Origin: Podarcis bocagei
Lineage: Eukaryota
NCBI GenBank assembly: GCA_964188305.1
Contig: OZ076899.1
DNA length: 64,000 nucleotides
Reading direction: 5' to 3' (one strand)
A program made the position numbers and the translations under genes. The stretch's first letter is position 1; each line of letters starts with the position of its first letter. Under the pieces are notes generated by a model. That model was not told the DNA's origin. It did no database searches and worked only from the letters and a program-made list of their open reading frames with translations. Shown piece after piece: positions 58,401 to 64,000 of this stretch.

Positions 58401-61400
58401 AGTTCTCATGATTCCATCTCTGCCTGGGAAGGGCTGATTTGGCAGTGCTGTTGGAAACACTTGCAGAAACCTGGCCCTTTAGGCAAGGAAGAGGTGGTCC
58501 TTGTCCTGGGCAAGTTGTGAAGAAGATGGCAAGGCTTTCTAACTGGGTGGTGACTTTTGATCCAAAGTGTTTGGGAGGGGGTGGAATGCTTCTAATGCCT
58601 TCCTCTTTGCCCCCAGAGCCCACATCCAGTGAAAAGAAGAATGGGTCTGTCACAGGAGTTGTTTCCAGGTAATAGGCAGGTACTGGTACTTAAGCCCTTT
58701 GGGACAGAGGTGAATGGCATCTGCTGGGAAAGGGGTATGTGTGCTTATGTGCCATCCTTCTGCCATCCAGTATAGGCCCAACTGGGTCAGACTATCAGTA
58801 TCTCTAGGGCTGTTTTCATCAGTTTTCCCCATGCGTGAGTGAACTGCCCATGTCAGAGAGGTCTGAGCCCCAGAGAGGTATTTGGAGGGGCAGGAAACCG
58901 TGTCTTGCTCCCTCCATCCTTCCAGATTCTCTGAGCTGCTGCTAGGGAGGTGAAGGATGTTGGTATTTAATGGCATCTGAGGGGTTTTCTGAACTGGAGG
59001 TCCTTTGTGGGTGCTTGAGGCCCCAGCATTCTGGGGCACTTTCTGGGGCCACCAAATACTGGCCAGGTTGCCTCACTGCTAGCAAGCTCATAGGCCTTAG
59101 CTATCTCTTTGGCAGGATTGGTCCTTTCTGAGCCTGTCTCTCTCTTCTGCCTATAGCTCCCGGAAGGTGCCATCCGTCTTCACACGAGTCTGTGAAGTAC
59201 AGCGTGAAGAAGACAAGGCTCAACGCCCTGAGCTGCCTTGTCCACTGTTCAGGCAAGTCCATGAAAGGCCTCCCTGGGGCTGTCTCTGTGCAACTTCCCT
59301 TCCACATGAACTAATAACTCATCCCATGCCATGTGCTGCTTCCCTCTGTGTGCAGTAGATACTCCTGAGAAATCCCTTCCCTGGCTAAGGTGCGTCTTGG
59401 CTTTGCTGAGCCACCCCAAGTTCTGCCTGTTGGAATCATGTGTTTGTGCCAGGCCTGTTGCCAGTTCTGAGGCACGCAGGATACAACTAGGTCATGCTCA
59501 GTGGGCAGTGTTTGTCCCAGGGCAGCTGGTCTTGCAGGGTGAGGGCTACAAAACAGCAGCAGTTGAAAGATCCTTTTTCTGAGCAGGTCTCCTGGACAGC
59601 CAGGCAGCTTATTGGGACAGTTGGCATCATGCAAATGCGATAGTGGGATATTGTCCCTGTGTGTGTGTTCATACGCATGCATGGCTTGTTGAGTCATTGG
59701 ATATACCTGACAACAGCAAAAATACACCTAAACTAAAAATATGCCTATGCAGTCTCTGTGCAATATGAAACTTTGCATACTTGATGGTTTATGTACAGGG
59801 ATTAAAGGGAAGACTCCAAATCCCAGACCCCCTTAGTCTTAAATGGGTAGGCTAGACAAAGCCATGGACAAAAGGTCTCTCAACACAGTCATTCCAAATG
59901 GGGCTGCAGGCTGAGAGTCAGCTTATCTCTTAGTAAGGGAGAACTTTGCCTTTGTATCTGCTTCTGGGTTCCCTAGGAACATCTGACTTGCCCCTGCTGG
60001 TGACAGAAGACTGGATTTGGGTGGACATTCATTGTGATCTGGCAGAGCTCCTCTCATGCTTTTCTGATTGCTTTCAGGGGTGACCTGTTCAATTTCCCAA
60101 GTTCCCAGGAGGAGCAGGAGCCACCTGCAACCTGGCAGAGCCAGCGAAGGCTTGTGCCCCTGGGTTGTGGACCAGTCCAGGACTCTGGCTTGAGCGCTAA
60201 GCGGACAGTGGGTTGTGCGGAGGAGGGAGAGGCCATGGAAGTTGAAACAGCAGGAACTCAGGAGCAAAAAGAACAGAGGGCCCCCCAAAAGGCAGCTTCC
60301 GTTCTGGTGGCTGCAGGGAATGATGGAACTCAAGCGCCAAAATCTGGCACCAGCAGCAAGGGGACCCAGGCTGTGGCAGAGTTCCTTCAAGGGCCAACGG
60401 AATTCACGTCAGCAGCCACACAGACAGTGCCTACTGGCCAGGTGGAGGTGGGGACCAGCACGGCTGGGTTGTGGCCTGGACAGCAGGACACTAAAGTGCA
60501 GGTGGAAGAGGACCATGGATCTAGGCCTGCCAGGGCTGGGCATGCGCCAGGGACCCAGCACAACCAGGTGAGAGGGAGTCGGATTGTGTACTTGGAAAAG
60601 GGGGAGGGGGGTGAGAGGTGCTACTGCCTGTAGCAGGGGCGAAGGAGTATCTACTACCTCCTGGTCCCAGCTTTTAGAGTGGGAGGTGGTTATTGCCACA
60701 TGTGCCTCCCCCAGACTTTCCAACTCTGAGTGAGGTGGGAAGAAGCAGCCTCATCAAGAGAAGCACTTTGATTGGTCAGCCCAAAGGTCCACCAAGTCCC
60801 CCTCGCAATAGTGATCAGCCAGATGCTTGCTAGTGAGAAGCCCACAAGGGTGGCAATTGCTATCCTGCCTCTGAGCGTATTTCATTTGTTTGTTTGTTTA
60901 TATTTAAATACAGTCAAACCTCGGTTATCGATCGTAATCTGTTCCGGAAGACCGTTCGGCTTCCGAAAATCGTTCAAAAACCGGAGCAGTTACTTCTGGG
61001 TTTTCGGGAGCCGAGGTTTGGCTGTATTAGATTTATATTTAAATATATTTATAAACATTTATTTCATACGTCACGACATGCCATATAGGTGAAAACCTCA
61101 CAATCACAATAAAAATGTCAAATCAGGCAGAGCTGTCTGACAAAGAAATCCCAAGCTATTTCCATCATAGGTGAATGGTTTCTGCAAGTGCATGTGATGA
61201 CCCTGCCCTGTGACAGTGAATTTCAGGAGGGAATGATTGTCCAGATTCATTTTGGGGCATGTCCTGCATTTGCTGCCAGTTGCTTGTATTGGATAATTCT
61301 GGTGCTGCAGGAGGCCTCTCTTGTCACCAAGCCATTTTAGTTGCCCTTTTACGTGCCATCTGCAGCTCTGTGAAAGCCGTTCCTGCCTCTAATAGCAAGC

Positions 61401-64000
61401 TCAGGAGGTGAGTGGAGCTAAGAAACAGTGGAGTGCTGCTGTTGCCTGTTAGTGTCCAGATGGTACTGAGCTGGATTGACTAGTGCTGTATAATTCTGTA
61501 TAATGCAGTCTCCTGCTCCTCTGATGGCGATGTTCCCCTTTCATTCCAAACAGCAGTGTGCTGTGGAGGAATCTCTGAAAACTTTCTGCCTTTTTCTTTT
61601 CTTCAGCACGAGGAAGGGTTTGATTTGCCTCGCCCGCCCCCAGGCAGAGCCCTCCGGCGTCATATACGCACCATCCGCGAAGTACGAACTGTTGTCACAC
61701 GACTCATCACAGACATCTACTACAAGGATGGGGCAGAAGTGGAACGCAAGGTAGTGGAGGTAAGGCGAGAGATGTCAAGGCCAGGACAATTCAGAAAACT
61801 GTTTCTGTGTTTTTTAAAGAGGATTTTTCCTACCCTTGTTCCTTTGTGCTGCCGGATGGGTGTGTGAACCTCAGAAAGGGAAATCTCTGACCTTATCCCA
61901 GGTGATCTTGGGACAGTCACTTGCCCGCTCGTTGACTCTAGGCCTCCATCTCCTTCTCACTGGTTTCCTAGGGCTTCTTGTGCTTTGCCAGTTGCTTCTC
62001 TGAGTTTGCCATATTGGTCCCCTACTTGAGAATACACACCATATCATGCGCATCCAGGCCATTTTGGAGCCACAAATCCTGCTCCCTATCTTGCACCTTT
62101 GAGTGTTGGACCTGTGAACCTTAAGGCACTGTGATCACAAATTACCTATTTGGTGCTGGTTGTTGACGTGTGAGCATCTACTCTTGCGTTGTATTCTTTT
62201 TAAGACTTGCAGCAGAGTTTCTTTAACAGTGAAACATTATTATTTACAAAAAAATTACACCGGTCAAATAAAACAATATAATTCCTTCTCCTCTAGCCAT
62301 TTGGCCAGAGACTCAATTGCTGACTCATTTACAACTTTGTTCATTTACACGCCTTCTCCAGCGAGAAGAACATCATTTTGCCTGTTCTGACCTTACAGGC
62401 AAGTATTTATTTTGTGGAGCGGAGGAGAGTGAAATAAAATGCCTTGTGGCTAAAGGGTGGGGCTCTTTCTCTGATAGAGCTGAGCATCAACAGGATGGAT
62501 ACCCAAAGAGTTTCCTGTTTAGAATGTCAGAAAGTAGCTCTGTTGTGGGAAGAGTACTGCTCTGGGAGCTCTGCCCTGCCCTACGTGTATCTGGCTGAGA
62601 GTGACTTGCCTGTGGGTGGATCCCTCTTGGGATCTGAAAGTGCTGGTCCTAGGGCATCTCTCCCCTTCTACCTGGCACCTGGCTTGGCCTTCCCTCCCTC
62701 CCTCGAATCCCAGTCTGCTTTTCTTTCAGGAGAGAGAGGACCCCATCATGGAGTGCCAGGAGAGCGAGGTGGATGTCTCCCCCTCTCGTACAGGAGGCTC
62801 TTCTTCGCTTGCCTCTGGAGACCTTGGTGACATCAGCTCCTTCTCATCCAAGGCCTCTGGCCTCCAGCGCATGTCCAGTGGAGGGAGCAGTGCCTTGTCT
62901 GTCACACACAGTGGGACAAGTTCTGGGCAAGGAGGCACTCTTCTGAGAGGAGGGAGACCTTGCCAAGGAGCTGGGCCTGGAGACTTGGCCTTCCCTGGGG
63001 TCAGAAAGCTCAGGTGGGTGCAGGGCCTCTGGGAAAGGGACATCAGAGGAAGGCTTCACTTTGGGGGAGCAGCAGGGTGGAAGAGAGAGAGGCCATTTTG
63101 CATTCTTTGGTGTTTTGTTTCAGGTGGGGCATGAATATGACTGTCAGTATATTCTTTAACCAGTTTCCAAACTGAAAGCCTGTGCGATACTTTTAAAAGG
63201 CCATGGGTTCTAAAAAGAATTGAATTTATTCACAGTTGGCGAGTTAATATTTTTGATGTCAAGAAGGTTTTAAATACTTGAAGGTTGGTGTTGTATTGAG
63301 TGATGTTTCAAACTGGGGAAACAATGTGGCAAATCATGTTGGGTTGCCTTGTGAGCAGCTTTATTTGGGCTTTGCTGTTTACCTTGAAATGCAAGGGATA
63401 AATTCTTTGTGCCCACAGTTCTGTGCCATGACCCTGGGAGCATGTGGGGGGCCTCCAGGACATTGTGGCTGGCAGGCAGGCTGGCTGTGCAGAGGTTAAC
63501 GCTGCCTTTGGTTTTCCTAGCCCTAGGAAGGGGGGCAGCCAGCCTCAGTCTCCAGTCCAGCCTGACCATGCAGCAGTTCCTGGGGGGTGTGAGGAGGAAG
63601 CGCAAGGTGTGATCAACCAGAGGAGTGGCAGAGCCCCTCCAACTCCTCGTAGACGAGGGCGAAGGGGCCGCCTCACATCGCGATCGGCCGGAGCCAGGTA
63701 GCGTGGTGAAGGTCAGCTGATGCTGATGAGGGAGGTGACCCTGGTGGGGTGGAGTAGCAAGAGCTAAAGGCCCTTGCAGCTTCTCCAGCTGTTTCTCTCC
63801 CTGGATCTGCAGGGCCAACCTACCAGCTGTGGAGGATCTGTCAACTACAGCCTTGCCAGAAGAGGACTGCCACACGCATCGCCCTTTGAAGGGGCAGGAC
63901 CGCAGCATCTCCCCTGAAATCCCCTTGCAAGAGCGTCTGGGGGTTTCTACCAGCACAGAGCTTTCCTCTGCCGCCACCTCCTCTTCTGCGAACAGCTTTG
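49097..64000 (+). CDS. TP53BP1: TP53BP1 (53BP1), 5' part; exons 49097-49485, 49566-49624, 49914-50069, 51226-51268, 52023-52192, 53134-53239, 53907-53998, 54283-54437, 54828-55974, 57137-57256, 58079-58303, 58617-58668, 59157-59252, 60078-60567, 61607-61759, 62730-63013, 63521-63697, 63813->64000
   Basis: MDPAGS...PCLLVEDSQPE, SQLGFGVLELSQSQ, VLSTQEDMF, PIPSQPEFSH, RRHSTPI, SAATQTV, RTIREVRTVVTRLITDIYYKDGAEVERKV (oligomerisation), GDLGDISSFSSKAS, RGRRGR (GAR) and SPEIP...NSF (Tudor start) match recalled 53BP1. All 17 junctions are phase-consistent (about 1367 codons in window). Confidence 0.95.
49914..50069 (+). CDS. TP53BP1: TP53BP1 exon (SQLGFGVLELSQSQ)
   Basis: tag acceptor, G|gtaggt donor, conserved peptide. 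Confidence 0.85.
50598..50750 (+). mobile_element. tRNA-derived SINE (Squam3-like)
   Basis: cagtggtagagcatg head; aggcagcttcttatgttcct tail. Confidence 0.6.
53298..53487 (-). mobile_element. tRNA-derived SINE (Squam3-like) with internal 19-bp duplication
   Basis: taggaagctgcc tail, (cttacactgagtcaggtcc)x2, gaattgaacct B-box region. Confidence 0.65.
54828..55974 (+). CDS. TP53BP1: TP53BP1 large acidic S/TQ-region exon (1147 nt)
   Basis: ttttag|DTFLPTPSLEK, in frame with ORF 54906..56075, donor G|gtaagt. Confidence 0.9.
60078..60567 (+). CDS. TP53BP1: TP53BP1 exon with LC8/DYNLL1-binding TQT-type motifs
   Basis: GDLFNFPSSQ...SAATQTV...EVGTST...DTKVQVE; ttcag acceptor and gtgaga donor. Confidence 0.9.
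60911..61024. mobile_element. Tc1/mariner (Tigger-like) MITE, 114 bp, TA target duplication
   Basis: TA|CAGTCAAACCTCGGTT ... AGCCGAGGTTTGGCTG|TA; TIRs match at 14/16. Confidence 0.85.
61607..61759 (+). CDS. TP53BP1: TP53BP1 oligomerisation-domain exon
   Basis: HEEGFDLPRPPPGRALRRHIRTIREVRTVVTRLITDIYYKDGAEVERKVVE; 153 nt. Confidence 0.95.
62730..63013 (+). CDS. TP53BP1: TP53BP1 exon (EREDPIMECQE...GDLGDISSFSSKAS)
   Basis: ttcag acceptor and gtgggt donor, conserved peptide. Confidence 0.92.
63521..63697 (+). CDS. TP53BP1: TP53BP1 GAR-motif exon
   Basis: SPRKG...PTPRRRGRRGRLTSRSAG; cctag acceptor and gtagcg donor. Confidence 0.9.

Overview
Vertebrate genomic DNA, most likely from a squamate lizard (inferred from CR1/L2/L1 LINE remnants, tRNA-derived SINEs, hAT and mariner-type MITEs). 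It holds the conserved PPIP5K1 - MAP1A - TP53BP1 block. (1) The last four coding exons of PPIP5K1 are on + (1417-6424). (2) A complete 7-exon MAP1A gene is on - (CDS 44095 to 11756, 3070 aa by my splice reconstruction, with an 8338-nt fifth exon), tail-to-tail with PPIP5K1. (3) The first 18 coding exons of TP53BP1 are on + (49097 to the window end, stopping at the start of the tandem Tudor domain), head-to-head with MAP1A. All exon chains were checked by hand for splice dinucleotides and phase continuity. I see no wholly new gene system. The best leads are regulatory or structural: two RFX X-boxes centred on the two in-frame MAP1A start codons, plus an X-box in the TP53BP1 promoter; a TGCATG (RBFOX) cluster after a symmetric PPIP5K1 exon; two candidate internal MAP1A promoters sharing an 18/19-nt motif; a pre-miRNA-sized hairpin in MAP1A intron 2; an apparently fused or exitron-containing first TP53BP1 coding exon; a GC-AG intron; and a hAT element resembling horizontally transferred families. 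Gene identities rest on recalled vertebrate protein sequences, not database searches. Repeat boundaries are approximate.
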